DNA of 63,969 nucleotides, filler included, from Asterionella formosa (taxonomy: Eukaryota), in the NCBI GenBank assembly GCA_002256025.1. It is 9 parts of 9 records of this genome, joined end to end, with 100 filler letters (N's around TTAATTAATTAA, not from the genome) between each part and the next. Parts side by side here need not be neighbours in the genome. Positions count along the whole stretch, not along the records: positions 35,941 to 43,013 come from NKIB01012533.1; positions 43,114 to 50,183 come from NKIB01012534.1; 7 more parts are not named here. One strand, 5' to 3'. The notes under the pieces are model-generated. The model searched no databases, had not been told where the DNA came from, and was given only the letters and a program-made list of their open reading frames with translations. A program made the translations under genes and the position numbers. Below, piece by piece: positions 36,651-49,955 of the stretch. The first letter of the stretch is position 1. Each line of letters opens with the position of its first letter.

Positions 36651-37840
36651 ACATTGTTGTTTAGAACAAGCTTTACTAAATCCTTATCTAGAGACTTACA
36701 AATAACTCTGTACTTGCTCGGGGTTTGGCACTTCTTCGGTTCATTATACTAAGTTGTAAGATCCGGAGAAATGAAAATGTGGTATATTGTGATGGTCTCG
36801 AGAGCATTTCAGGATGCATCTATGTTGACAGTACAAAATCACTAAATTGCTATGGTGCGAACTACCGGTACCTGGTAGTGTGCATGTTTACATTGGGATG
36901 TCGCACACAATCGCGCCGTAATTATAATCCACCTCAAGAAAAGCGTTAAAGGAAGCTATATTAATTTGGAGTATAAAACATTATATAATATCGTATATGA
37001 ATATAAAATGTCGGCCCAGCTAAACGAGGTAATTTTATTTTCTTCCGATGTGCCTCACTCAACATTTTCGAAGTCGTTTATCTCACCAACTGGAACACAA
37101 CATCGATCGGGCGTTAAGCCATCCTAAATGTAGATGCGTGAAACAAATGACTTGTTCATAGTAAATATTGTCGTATTGCTAAAATTGAAAAAGTTTGTAG
37201 TACAAAATGTAAGATTACCCCGTTATAGTGGTCTAAGCAGTTCATAGTGGTCTTAAGCAGTTTTTGACTGGTACCAGGTACTTCAACAGGTCTTGTCGGA
37301 GTTACGGTAAAAGAGGGGTTTTACTATCAGGAAAACAGCGTTGAATTTCTCATTTACTGCGCAGCTTGCTCTGGTATACGGTGGAGCCTACGTACATTGC
37401 TTATCAGGTCGTAGGTAAAATACAGGACTTTGGTGTCAAATGTCCAGCGATGTGAAAGACAATTTTGACAGCAGTTCTTTGGCTTCTTATTCTATTTCAT
37501 GCCAGGATGGATACATACTATCATCAACCTCGCAAAATAAGTCGTGGTGTTCATCTTGATTCCTAGCGGCGATCACGATTGAGGGAAAACATCAACACTA
37601 CTGTTACTATCATGGTAGGTCCTGGTACCTGGTACCTGGTACCTGGTACCTGGTACCAAGTACCAGGTACCAGTGAAAAACTGTTAGCCACTGCTGTGGA
37701 GACTATTGAACTGTAAGCCACAGCTAAACGGAGTAAACGCACGGTTTGAACTCAGTTTGCAAGATACCCCCCCCTATACTTCATTGTCCTTGACCCCCCA
37801 ATGTATACTGCCGTGACTGAATTTGACTGATTTTACTTAA

Positions 37841-39021
37841 GGTTGCGGCCCCGCAGTTACCAATTGCAAGGTCTGTTTTTTCCCAAAATACTTTCATGAT
37901 GGACCTCAATCCACACATCACGTTCAAGTAAATAAAATAGTTAAAGGTAAAATTAGCTTTCAACATTACGACCACTTTGCATATGCTTAAATACTTTCAT
38001 TGCTCGACTTAGGGGTATGATCTATATACAGATATGCTAAGGACCCCATTTCTGGAGAGAAGTGGCAGTTATGTATCAGAGATTTGTAACTACCGCAAAA
38101 CTAGTCAAAAAAAGGGGCTACGAAGCTTTTCAAAAAATTTACGATACATAACTGCCACTTCTCTCCAGAAGTTAACTCCAGACATGATAGGGTACACGGC
38201 TATCTATTTTAATCGTCATGAAACCCCGAGGATGTAGAGCAATCCTCTTCCAAAAAGTCGACCCGATCGGTTTTTTCAACAGTCGCCTAAATATTGGAAT
38301 CGGAATTTGTACTTGCAAAAACGTTCTCGTAGACTTAGAGTCTTGCGTAGGTATGTTTTGCTGAATAATTCTCTGTCCGAAAAGACTCCAGGGTGAGTTC
38401 CCGCGTCACTGCACAAATTCTGATTGGTTGAATTGAATTTACTCACCTGCTCCAGACTGGCCGGAGTATCCCAATCTTGTAAAATTACGCCAGCCATACT
38501 TGAACCACAAGTATTAGATTTAATGTACCGGTACTTGGTAGGTAAAATAAGTGCTTCCGGTAGTTTCATTATCTGTCGTCATTAGGTAGGTACCTTGGTA
38601 CACCGTCACTCCGGTATTGGTTTATATACCGGTATGTGCCTTTGAGTGTAGGGAAATACCGGTATGCCTTTTTGGGGTAGAGCAATATTAAATCTACATA
38701 CAGCAACAAAGATTCAATATAAACGGATTAAAAAAATCATGAACTTACATTTAGGCATACTCCTGATTTATATGTGTGTTATGGCGTGGAACAAAATTAT
38801 GTCCACATTCAGCAACGGAGAGATAGTGTAAACGTTCAAATATCATTTTTGTTTGTTTAAAATGGAACTCTGTCTATCTGGCGCCGACTCTTATTTAATT
38901 CAAATATTCAAATTGACACTCGAATCATGGAAACTCATAGCAGCAAACTCCCTGTTCCATGCCGTTTTAACAACCCTAGCGACGTTTTCTCCAAACTAGG
39001 GTTAAGCCGAGGGCCGCAACC
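37841..39021 (+). mobile_element. Non-autonomous TIR element with TTAA target-site duplication (Kolobok-like RR...YY ends), family A
   Basis: TTAA|GGTTGCGGCCC ... GGGCCGCAACC|TTAA. Other ends lie at 29694, 29916 and 54337. Confidence 0.75.
38050..38170. repeat. Perfect 28-bp inverted repeat with a 65-bp spacer
   Basis: TTCTGGAGAGAAGTGGCAGTTATGTATC (38050-38077) and GATACATAACTGCCACTTCTCTCCAGAA (38143-38170). Confidence 0.9.
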
Positions 39022-39274
39022 TTAAGAGGGGTCCAGGACAATGAAGAGATTTCCTTATTACTGGACCTAAGTAAATTTCATTAGTTCTACAGGATAGCGC
39101 ACTTTTCTAAGATATATATATTTATATAAATATGATAATTATTTCCGTGTTGTGAAAAATGAGAGAGTTCTTCACATCTCAAGAAAAACACGTCTTCATG
39201 TTATTATTGGCGATCTCAATTTTCGTTGTCATTATTAGTGTTATTAATTTACTTCATTTACGATTGTATTTTAA

Positions 39275-40870
39275 ATGTCATTCTTAATACAGGTAGCAAG
39301 TAGCAAAGCTTCTAAAGAAATGGTGGCTGGAGGAGTTGCAAGACGATGCCCATACAAACAGTGGCATTCCAAAGAAGGGTTTGTAGTTGCTGAGGAGCAG
39401 AAAGCATTTGGGTTAGCAAGCAAATATGAACTAATCCGACTTGACCGTCTCCTCTTTGTGGACGAAGTTGGGTCCAATACATCCAAAACAAAAGATGGAA
39501 ATGCCGGTGGTGAAAAGTTTCTTTGCACAGCAGGAGGTGGCCGTCCTCAAATCCGGGCCTCAACAAAAGATGCGCACTTTACTGTCCTAGGATTCACTGC
39601 AGCCAATGGGAGCCTTGGAAGAAGAATGGATTCTTGGCATGGATCCATTTGCTGCTTGGGAGGGAGAAGAGAAAAACATACATGGTAACAGCGGAAAGGG
39701 GAAAAAATATCCACAAGGACCAGTCTGTGATGTGGAAGGGAAACAATTGCATACATATTGCTGTGTTTCGAAAAACGGCTCTATCACTCCAGAGCTTCTG
39801 TTTGGAATGCTAAAGCACATGATGACTCTGGAATATTTTCTCGAAACAATGGGCTTCCACCCTTCCTAATTCTTGATGGTCATGGGTCTCGATTTGACAT
39901 TTTGTTCCCAAAATATATGAACAACCCAGCTCACAATTGGACAGTCAGTATTGGTGTTCCTTATGGTACAAGCTACTGGCAGGTTGGAGACAGTAGTGAA
40001 CAAAACAGTTGTTTCAAAATGAATATCCCAAAAGCAAAACTCAAATTATAGGTACTCACCTTAAAAACAGATCACAGGCAAGAGCTTACAATTAACAAGG
40101 TCGATATTCTTGGACTGGTGAATATGGCATCATGGGACAACTCCCTTGCAAATGTCGTTGCAACAAACAAGAAAACGATTTCCGAACGAGGATGGTTCCC
40201 CCTGATCTATAATGTCTTGCTGCACCCTGAGATTCAATTGACCCAACCGCAACAGATCATAATCAATGCGCCCACAGAGACTTCTGCTGCTCTTCTTCCT
40301 GATGAGTCAAACATCCATACTGGATTTGCTGGAACAATTTTTGGAAGAATTAACAAGTTTTGCAAACGTGAGGATGTGCGAAATGGAATTGATCAGGAGG
40401 CACAAGCTAGAAAGAGTAAGGAGACAGCAGATGCCCAGATCGAAGGACATAAGAAAGAAAAGGATAACAGCAGGACTTCTGGCCTCTGCACAGACATTTG
40501 CCCTTGGACCAAATATTCTTGCTGCTACACAGGAACGAAAGCGAATTTTGGACATTGTCAACAGGTCAAAAGAAACAAATAGGCAACAAGAATACCACAC
40601 ACTTCGACAAAAAGTTCTTACATTGAAGGAACAGAACAGAACAGAACAGAACAAACCAAATGAACAAATGAACAAATGTCAGTGGCAGAGCTGAAATTGA
40701 TTGTGCGTTGGTAAATGCGATCAGGTGATTTGCCTGTTCCACAAACACCAAGGCACAATGTAATTACAAAATTTGATGACACCAATCACCGTGGTGAGCA
40801 GCAGCTGCACCTTCTCCTGCTGCTGCTACTGGTCCTACTAATGATCCACCATTCCGTGATGAAGTTTGAG
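39275..40870 (+). pseudogene. pogo-like DDE_1-type transposase (DD37D), frameshifted
   Basis: Catalytic motifs LLFVDEVG, FLILDGHGSRF and GTSYWQVGD, with 37 residues between D2 and D3. Also HFTVLGFTAANG. Many frameshifts. Confidence 0.85.
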
Positions 40871-41427
40871 ACTCCACAAGTAAAAATTGAATGAGAAGCT
40901 CATGATTTATATAATTCATCAGAAGAATTCTCTGATGATGATACTGCCCTGGAAAAGTGTAAAACGTAAAGTAATAAAGGAGAAAAAAACGGTTTGGGGG
41001 GGGGGGGGGGAAAAATTTACAAAACCCCTTAGAAAAAAATATACACTGTAAGCCACCGCTATGCAACAACCTTAGTGACTTGGGAAAAATTATATCATAA
41101 TGGCTCGATACACTGAATCAAAACTGATAACTTAATACAAAAAAATACTTTAAGTCGGAAGATAGAGTAAAATAGCGGTGGCTTACAGATTTGAACTGGA
41201 CCAGTATTTGCACCAGACAGGAGGCTGAGGAAGGGATCCTTGTTACTTCACGGTTCCTGCTTTTGAAACCCCTAGGCAAAAATTTAAATATTACTTAGGG
41301 TTGCCGAAATTCCCTGGAACTAAGAACTTTTACATGCTAATTTTGGTTATCAATGATTCCATTTGAAATATTTAAATCAGTGCAAATTTGTGTGTACATA
41401 CATTAGATTCCTTCTCAAATGCCCTAA

Positions 41428-41460
<33 letters not shown>

Positions 41461-41835
41461 CTTCATTGCTGAATGTACAAACAGCTAGTACTCCACCGGT
41501 AGAATACTCTGATCAACAAATATGTTTCATATGTATGACCCAGCAGCTCAGACAAATATTTGAAAGTGCATTCTAATAATGTAACCTGCAGTTGTGGTAG
41601 TTTTGCTATATCTAGTTCCATGAAAGACTTCATACCAGCAATACTGATTCCAATTCCAAATTGATACATGTTTCTCTTCTTGATATCCGTATAATAAACT
41701 AACCCGACCGGCTTGTTGTTCCTATATATATTTAGCTTTTATCTGATTTAGACTAAAATATTGAGACCAATCTGTTTTGCTTATTCTGCCATTTGCTTCT
41801 GTTCGATTTGCGTAAAGTAGGACCGTTTTGCTTAA

Positions 41836-42646
41836 GGTTGCTGCATTTGAACCCCTAGGCAAAAATTAAAATATTGCTTAGGGTTGCGAAAATTCCCTGG
41901 AATTAAGAATTTAATTAGCTATTTTTGAATGACGTGATTCCATTTGAAATATTTGAATCAGTGGAAATTTGCGAATACGTACATAGATTCCTTGTCAAAA
42001 TCGCTAAATATATATATTGACACTCTTAGTCGCTGAATGTATATATATGCTGAAAATACGATCAACATGTATGCATGGACACTCTATACTCCGATTAACG
42101 ATTTTATATGCTAAGCATTGAATCCGTTCGACATATTCAAATCGTTTAACAAACACATATATAAATATATATATATTTAGGTTCTACATCGCTTCATGTG
42201 CATACACCATTACTACAATGTATACTCCTATCAACGAATATGGGTCATGTATACGACCCGGCGGCTCGGCAAATATTTGAAAGTGCACCCAAGGAGCGGT
42301 ACGCGTACCGGTATGTCCAATGATGATCATCTACTGGTACCCGTCGTGAATATAGCACCGGACTGTCAGTACACCCAAGAAAATGTTACATGTTAATCCA
42401 ATGTGGCCAGCGTGGGTTTGCACGACCTCGCAAACCAGGCCAATCAAACAGAGGAATGTACTTCATGCTTCACCAATCATATTATATATGTGGAAGCGGG
42501 TACTTACAATGGAATTTTCCGGACAGGAGATTTTAGGACTAAAAATTCCGGCACACGACTGCCATTCCGATGATGACGTTTCGGCACTTAATAATTCTGA
42601 TTCCGATATTTTGGCGACCGTAGAAAAGGCCGATTTTGTCGAGTTT
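41836..42646 (+). mobile_element. TTAA-flanked element family B (GGTT(C/G)CTGCATTTGAACCCCTAGG...)
   Basis: The same terminus occurs at ~41252, 41836 (after TTAA) and 49960 (after TTAA). Interior 42400-42645 is homologous to 45160-45400 in reverse. It is interrupted at 42647 by the CATCTAAG element. Confidence 0.65.
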
Positions 42647-42844
42647 CATCTAAGCCGCGTATTACGTGAAGTGACCATCACATAAATAAGCCTAGTTGAT
42701 TTTGAATGCATCACATGAATTAGTTGAATACATCAAAATACGTAGTTGAATATATCTATATATTATCTGAATACATCACGTTAAATATTTGATCAAAGTA
42801 TCATGCATGCATTCCTGATCATCACTATATTATGTGATCACGTT

Positions 42845-42980
42845 CACATAATTATTTGAAATACTTCACATAATTATTTGAAATACTTCACATAATTATT
42901 TGAAATACTTCACATAATTATTTGAAATACTTCACATAATTATTTGAAAATACTTCACATAATTATTTGAAATACTTCAC
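42845..42980. repeat. Tandem array of a 22-bp unit, about 6 copies (CACATAATTATTTGAAATACTT)
   Basis: Directly visible. Subterminal to the CATCTAAG element end at 42647. Confidence 0.9.
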
Positions 42981-44006
42981 GTAATTCTGTAATTTCGTTC
43001 ACATAATTCTAGANNNNNNNNNNNNNNNNNNNNNNNNNNNNNNNNNNNNNNNNNNNNTTAATTAATTAANNNNNNNNNNNNNNNNNNNNNNNNNNNNNNN
43101 NNNNNNNNNNNNNTCACATGAAACCGTTAAAAGTAATCTTTTTTACGTGAAGAGTGGCATTAATGCATGTGAAGTACCACATAATTAACACTCATACGTA
43201 GACGAAATTTCGAAAAGTGGCGTATTTCGCGTCTTAGATGCAGGGTGGTTAATCGATGATAGCTGGCAATCAGTTGGGCTTGAAAAGGCGAATTAAACGA
43301 AGAAGTATGACTCTATACTAGGCATGGATGGTAAACAGAATAAATCAGACGAATTTCATTATCAAACGAACATTTCAAGGCTGTTATGATAGCTATCTAG
43401 TCAGCAACATTCTATTTTAAAATCACATCCACACATGCAACGAGCTGTTAGAATGGTGGTTGCATTACCAACATGCAACTATCACAAGATACTAAAACCC
43501 AAAGATCACCTGCAATTTTGCTGCATACTAGCTAGTATTTCAGAGATTGACTAGACAGCTGGGACTTCGGTTGATTGCTGTGATGATCGATCGTCGCTTC
43601 ATACCATAGCTAGCAATGACAAAGGTGAGCCATGGTAAACTGTAGACCGATCATATAGTTTCGCAATATTTAATGACAAGGTCAAAGAAAAGTTCATGCC
43701 GACAAGATTCTACAAAGCACCGTTACGTAATGACATGTATGTATGCGCATCCATTAGGTACTAGGTACCTGGTACCTTGTACCGGTATTAGTAATGCATA
43801 ATATGCATCATAGTAAGTCATAACTACCGTCCAGTATGATTCTCTATTTATCTACCAGTACATCAATGCTTCATGTCAGGTATCAGGTACCAGTAGATCC
43901 AATGCATCACGTACCGACCTCAAGTTAAGTACGGTATGAACCAACAGAATCGGTCATCCGTTTTACACTGTACAAAAGTATTGAATAATGCAGCAAGTCA
44001 TTATTA

Positions 44007-44131
44007 GGTTTTCCCGCACCTAAAATTCCAAGAACTGATTTTAACTTTTGTCAGTAGCCTTGTGCCAACATTTGTCTGTAGGACGAGAAAATATTCTCAA
44101 TCCTTTCCTGCATTTTAGGTGCGGAATAGCC
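44007..44131. mobile_element. MITE of ~125 bp with ~20-bp imperfect TIRs
   Basis: tta|GGTTTTCCCGCACCTAAAAT ... ATTTTAGGTGCGGAATAGCC|taa. Confidence 0.55.
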
Positions 44132-44181
44132 TAAAATGACCCTCAGGGGCAATTGATTTAACCTCAATTCTCCACCTTCTA

Positions 44182-44735
44182 CCAGTTAAAAACTGTAAGC
44201 CACCGCTATGAAGACTTTTGAACTGTAAGCCACCACTAAACGGAGTAAACGCACGGTTTGAACTTAGTTTGCAAGATACGTTACTAATTGTCATGAAGGA
44301 GTTGTTCAGATTTATATAGCGAGTAAATACCTACGTAAAAGAGTGATGATGTTCTTCCGATAGAACTAATTTAGAATAATTAATTGGGGGTACGAGATCA
44401 TTATGCTTTCGAATACGCTATGCGTCAGAAGCATTTGGTGATGATACAAGCGCAAAAAGCATATTGTATCGGGCCTAACAGGTAAAGTAATACGAAAAGA
44501 ATTTCTGTAGTATAAAAGGAGTAAAAATAATCACGGTTTGGGGGGGGGGAATATACTCATGTATGAATAGAAAAATATGCACTGTAAGCCACCGCTATGC
44601 AACAATCTTAATGACTTTGAAAAAATTAGATCTTTGTGGCTACATAAACTGAATCGAAATTGATTACTTATTTGTTGAGTAGAGTGCATCGTCTAACATA
44701 CTCTTTGTACTTGCATCAGGTTTTCATCGATAAAA
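44182..44735 (+). mobile_element. Short non-autonomous derivative of the pogo-like element
   Basis: The left end TA|CCAGTTAAAAACTGTAAGCCACCGCT is fused to right-subterminal sequence homologous to 47420-47670. It is cut by a family-B element. Confidence 0.65.
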
Positions 44736-45451
44736 GGGGGTTCCCATATTTCAACCCTAGTTAAGAGGTAGGGTTAAAAATATTATATTGAGTCAGAGTA
44801 CTCAAACACACACTTCTTACGAGTAAAAAATAAATGTATATCGCTAAACGGAGCTTTCACCAATATACACCCTTTCCATATGCTTAGATACAGTCTTCTG
44901 ACAAAGTAGAGGCATGGGTCAACGCTACATATCGTCAGGATATGCATAGGATCTGTCGAGAAAGTGCAGAAAGGAACTTCGGTTTTTAACTATGCTGAAA
45001 ATAGTGGATGTTACCGGGCCAACTCGTTTATTTGGCCTAGTTTAAAACCGAAGTTCCTTTCTGAACTTACTCGCCGAAAGTTACCTTCTGGGGCTATATG
45101 AAGATTACATATTAACTTAACTCTTCTTTATACCATGCCGACGTTGAGCTATCATCGTTCAAAAATTCGACAATATTGGCCTTTTCAACGGTCTCCAAAA
45201 TGTCGGAATCAGAATCAATAATCTCCGAAATGTCATCATCGGAACTGAAGTCTTGTGATTCAATTTTTCGTCCTACAATCTTCTGTACAAAAATTCCATT
45301 GTAAGTGTCCGCTTCACTATAAATATTTTGATTGGTCAAGTTCAATGATTGGCCCGGCTTGCAAGATCTTGCAAACCCACACCGGCCACACTGGATACAC
45401 TTTTAAAAATTTTCTTGTGTGATCGCCGTTACGCCGGTACCATTCCTGGTA

Positions 45452-47739
45452 CCACTTAAAAACTGTAAGCCACCGCTACGGCGACATTTGAACTGTAAGC
45501 CACCGCTAAACGGAGTAAAGCACGGTTTGAACTTAATTTACAAGATACGCTATTTATTGTCACGAACGAGTTGTTTAGATTTATATAGCGAGTAAATACT
45601 TCCGTACTTGTATTGTTGCATTGTGTACATTGTTAATTAGGTATTATCGCCCAAAGGTTGCTGTCGACGTGAAATTGCGAAAATTGGATACATTCATGTT
45701 TACTCGATTGAGCAAGCATCACCTTTTATATACCTATACCTTAATATTCCTCCGCTAGAAAACTAATTTAGTATCCTCTAAAATTTATTTAATATGGCTA
45801 CGACGTCATTGCGCTTTCGCTCGTGCGCCATATTAAAGAGATAAATTCACTAATGGAAAACGTCAAATAGGAATTCCTGGCACGCCCGAATTATGAGTAA
45901 AAAAATTAAATGCAAACACACCAATCACCCATCACCCATCACAATACCAACATCATGACCTCGAAAGCGTCTCAACAAGGCAATGCCATGCCTCGAAAGA
46001 AATTGTCTCCTGAAGAGTTGGTCCTGGTCAGATTTGTCTCAACAATGTGATTAGGGAGCTAGAAGCTTGGCCTAGATCCGTTTGCTGCTTGGGAAGGAGA
46101 AGATGAAAGCATACATGGCAACAGCGGAAAGGGAAAATGATATCCACAAGGACCAGTCTGTGATGTGGAAGGGAAACAGTTGCCTACATACTGTTGTGTG
46201 TCGGAAAACAGCTTAATCACTGCAGAGCTTCTGGTTGGCATGCTAAAGCACATGGATGACTCTGGCATCTTTCCTCGAAACAACGGGCCCCCACCATTCC
46301 TAATACTTGATGGACATGGGTCTCGATTTGACATTTTGTTCCTTGAATACATAAATAACCCAGTACACAATCGGACAGTCTGTATTGGTGTTCCTTATGG
46401 AACAAGCTGCTGGCAGGTTGGAGACAGTGGTGAGCAAAACGTTTGTTTCAAAATGAACATCACAAAAGCAAAACGCAAATTGCTCACCTTAAAAGCAGAT
46501 CACAAGCACAAGCACAAGCTTACGATTAACAAGGTCAACATTGTTGGACTGGTGAATACGGCATGGGAAAATTCCTTTGCAAATATTGCCAAAACAAGAA
46601 CGCAATTTATGAACGAGGATGGTATCCCCTGAACTATAATGTCTTGCTTCACCCTGAAATTCAACTAACCCAATCACATCAGAACATCAATGCGCCCACA
46701 GAGACTGCCACTCTCCCTCCTGATGAGTTAAACCTCCAAACTGGCTTTGCTGGAACAATTGTTGGAAGAATTAACCAGTTTTGCAAACGCGAGGATAAGC
46801 GAAATGGAATCGACCAGGAGGCCCAAGCTGGAAAGAGAAAGGAGACAACGGACTCACACATTGAGGAACACAAGAAGAGGATAACAGCAGTACTACTGGC
46901 CTCTGCACAAAACTTTGCCCTTGGGCCAAATATTCTTGGTGCTACACTGGAACGGAAGGGAATTTCAGTCATTGTAATAAGTACAAAAGAAACAAAAAGG
47001 CAACAAGAATTCAATACACTTTGCGGAAAAGTACTTACATTGAAGGAACAGAACAAAACAAAAGAACAGATGTCTGTGCCAGAATTGAAATTAATGGTGC
47101 GTTGGTACAAACGATCAGGTGATTTGCCGGTTCCACAAACAAGGCAAGCTCTGATTACAAGATTCGACAACACCAATCACCGTGTTGACCAGCAGCCGCC
47201 ATTCCCTCTCCATACACCTCCTATTGCTGTGGTTGTCGTTACTGCACCTCCTCCTGTTGCTATTCCCTCTCCTTCTACAACTGCTACTGCCGATCCACCA
47301 TTCCGTTATGAAGTTTGAGACTTCGCAAGCAAGTAATTGGATGCAAAGAAGCTCAAGATTAATGTTATGCATCAGAAGAATTCTCCAATGATGATGCTGC
47401 CCTGCAAAAGTGTAAAACGTAAAGTAATAAGAAAATATTTTTTGTAGTATTAATGGAGTAATAATAAGAAATAAACACGGTTTGGGGGGAAAATATATAC
47501 ATGTTCACAAAGAAAAATATGCGTTGTAAACAATGCTATGCAATAATCTTAGTGACTTTGGAAAAATTATTTCTTCATGGCTAGTTTCACTGAATCAAAA
47601 CTGATTCCTTAATAGTATAGCAGAGAGCATTGTCTAACACAAGCTTTGTACTTGCGTCAAGTTTTGATCGTTGAATTACATAAATATTTTTCGTCGAAAG
47701 ATAGGGGTAAAATAACGGTGGCTTAGAGTTTTTATGTGG
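45452..47739 (+). mobile_element. pogo-like DNA transposon with both TIRs and TA target-site duplication; deleted transposase pseudogene at ~45950-47318
   Basis: TA|CCACTTAAAAACTGTAAGCCACCG ... CGGTGGCTTAGAGTTTTTATGTGG|TA. ORF pieces carry FLILDGHGSRF, WQVGD, ERGWYPLNYNVLLHPEI and ELKLMVRWYKRSGDLPVP. Confidence 0.88.
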
Positions 47740-48384
47740 TACCTGGTACCTGGTAGTACCAGGTACAATAGATGTACAGCATCAGTTTTGTAGTTTTGTG
47801 CACAGCCATGGGTACATATTTATAGGTACCAGGTACCAGGTACTCTGCACCAATTATAATGGTCTGCCTACATAGACACTGGTATTACACGGCTGCACCG
47901 GGTTTCATCAATTTTTATTTAAAGAATTATTATTGACAAGGTTATGGATAAGACATCAAATGCGAGAAATTTATATACATCGTCGTACACAATATACAAT
48001 GAGAACTCCAAACTTGGGATAATCCGTGCTTTTCACTTTTTTTCCGATCGCCACTTTTGACCTAAATTAACGAAAGATCGACATCCAATCGGTTGAGAAC
48101 TAATAGAATGACTCCATCCGGTATATGCACAAGATCCATTCTGGAGCTTAAAAAATAGAAATGAATGATTTTTCTTAATAAAACGTGTTTTTTATAACGT
48201 CAGTGAGTCAATTCAGTTTGATATTTTTTCCAGTGGGTCAATGCAGTTTTTAACTGGTACCAGTACCTACTAGTCGATTGTGAGGGAGACACGATGCAGC
48301 ATGGTTATGATCAAGGTGACTTGGTCGACTGAATTCATGTGAACAAGCAAAGAAGCAAACATGCAATTCTTGTATTTCACGGTA

Positions 48385-49955
48385 CCAGTTATAAATGGCT
48401 TTGAGCCATGTTATTACATCGTTTTCCGACTAATTCTAGAATAATGCTAAAATCGATCCCCTCTTTCGCCCTTTGGCACGATATTAGTTAGTTCATTAAG
48501 CGACATGAGAATTGAATAATTTTTTACTTGAACACACTTTTTTACTGAGATCTATCCATTTTTAAAGTGACAATAACGGCCAAAGTGGCTCAAAGCCATT
48601 GATTAAATTTTTATCATACATGTAGGTTTTTTTATAGGCGACGGTTAGAAAATATAATATCGTTTGCATTTTTTCGCAGCCAGCAGAAGCTGCATCTTTC
48701 TTATACTGGTGTTGTCACTTATATTTCATCTTGTTGGTTCCATCAAAGACTCCTCGCATTTTTTCGCTGCAGTCGTTGCATCGCTCATTCTTAGAATCCC
48801 ATCGTATCTTGTCATGTAGGGTGAGGAAGTGGCGCCATTGCAGTTGCAACTGGTACTGTAGCATCGCCACACATCATAGTGACATGGTATATGGTAAGTA
48901 GAAGTCGCGTCGTTGTTGGGAATGGAAGATTGCCTGCTCGCTTGTAACATGTTGCCATTGTTTTCGTTTGCGCCACTATCCACTCTGTCGACTGTTTGTT
49001 TAGCTAGAGTTCTGATTGCATCAACCTTGTTTGCAAGCACTGTGTGTGCATCTATTTTCTTATACTCTCGCTCACTTTGCACTTCTTCCGCATGCCTCTT
49101 CCTTTTCAGCTCTTCATTGACCACTTCAAAAGTTAAAGTACCTGCCTGCAGCAACATGAAGACCGGCTGTGTATTGTTTATTGCTTGCAATCGCCCTTTG
49201 TGCTGTTTCTTTTCATTGGTCCTCATGATTGCGATAATGTACTAACCTGATCAACGAGGGTTCCAGTGATGCCTTGGCTCAAGTTTAGTCCAGATGGGAG
49301 AATGGAAGAGACTGGTTGATTATTGTTTGCTTCTGTTTGCAGATTTGGGGGGTTTTCAGTTGAATTTCTGGATGGAAGAAGAAGAAGTTGTAGTTCAATG
49401 AACCCCAACCTCATTCAGCAACAGCTTTTTGGTTTGTGGCGAAATGGGCAAAGTATTCATCTCATGATTTCGACACCAGATCAACAATGCATATCATCAT
49501 TTCCTACAGCAAATTTGGCATGGCGCCTTTCCTTTGGGGTGAGTAAGTCTCTCTTGCATTTTGTGAGTTGGATGTTTAAACTTGGATTTGTTGTCAGGGG
49601 TAAAAATTGATGAGGTATGTCCTGCCAATGACTGTGAATAATTTAGTGTCATAGTTACAGGTAATTGTACTAGTGAATGAGTTGCCTTTCCCGCCTGATT
49701 TAGCTTCTGCAAATGGTAATGGATCATAGGTTTTGTTAGCCAAGCCAGCAGTGTAGCCGCCTTAGATGAAACAATATTCAAGACTGCACCACATGGCTGG
49801 TAGTTTGCCATTGCTATTAGCCTTTAAAGTTCTTCCTAATTCCATAACTATATTATTTTAAATAAGTGACATGACAGTCTTATCCAAAGTATTAGGTATT
49901 ACCTTGTACTTTTTGGATGGTTGAGGCTGTTTTCTTGTTGTAAGTTTCATTGTTG
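48385..49955 (-). mobile_element. Degenerate pogo-like element (another subfamily)
   Basis: Terminus TA|CCAGTTATAAATGGC. Minus-strand remnants AWLTKPMIHYHLQKL, LNLSQGITGTLVDQV and LANKVDAIRTL are homologous to the other copies. Confidence 0.65.

Larger units (their letters stand above)
37670..41199 (+). mobile_element. pogo-like DNA transposon with nested insertions
   Basis: Left TIR TA|CCAGTGAAAAACTGTTAGCCACTGCT and right TIR AGCGGTGGCTTACAGATTTGAACTGG. Homologous to 45452-47739. Confidence 0.75.

Noticed and set aside
42845..42980. Possible CRISPR array
   Set aside because: The 22-bp units are head to tail with no unique spacers, there are no cas genes, and the context is a eukaryotic transposon end.
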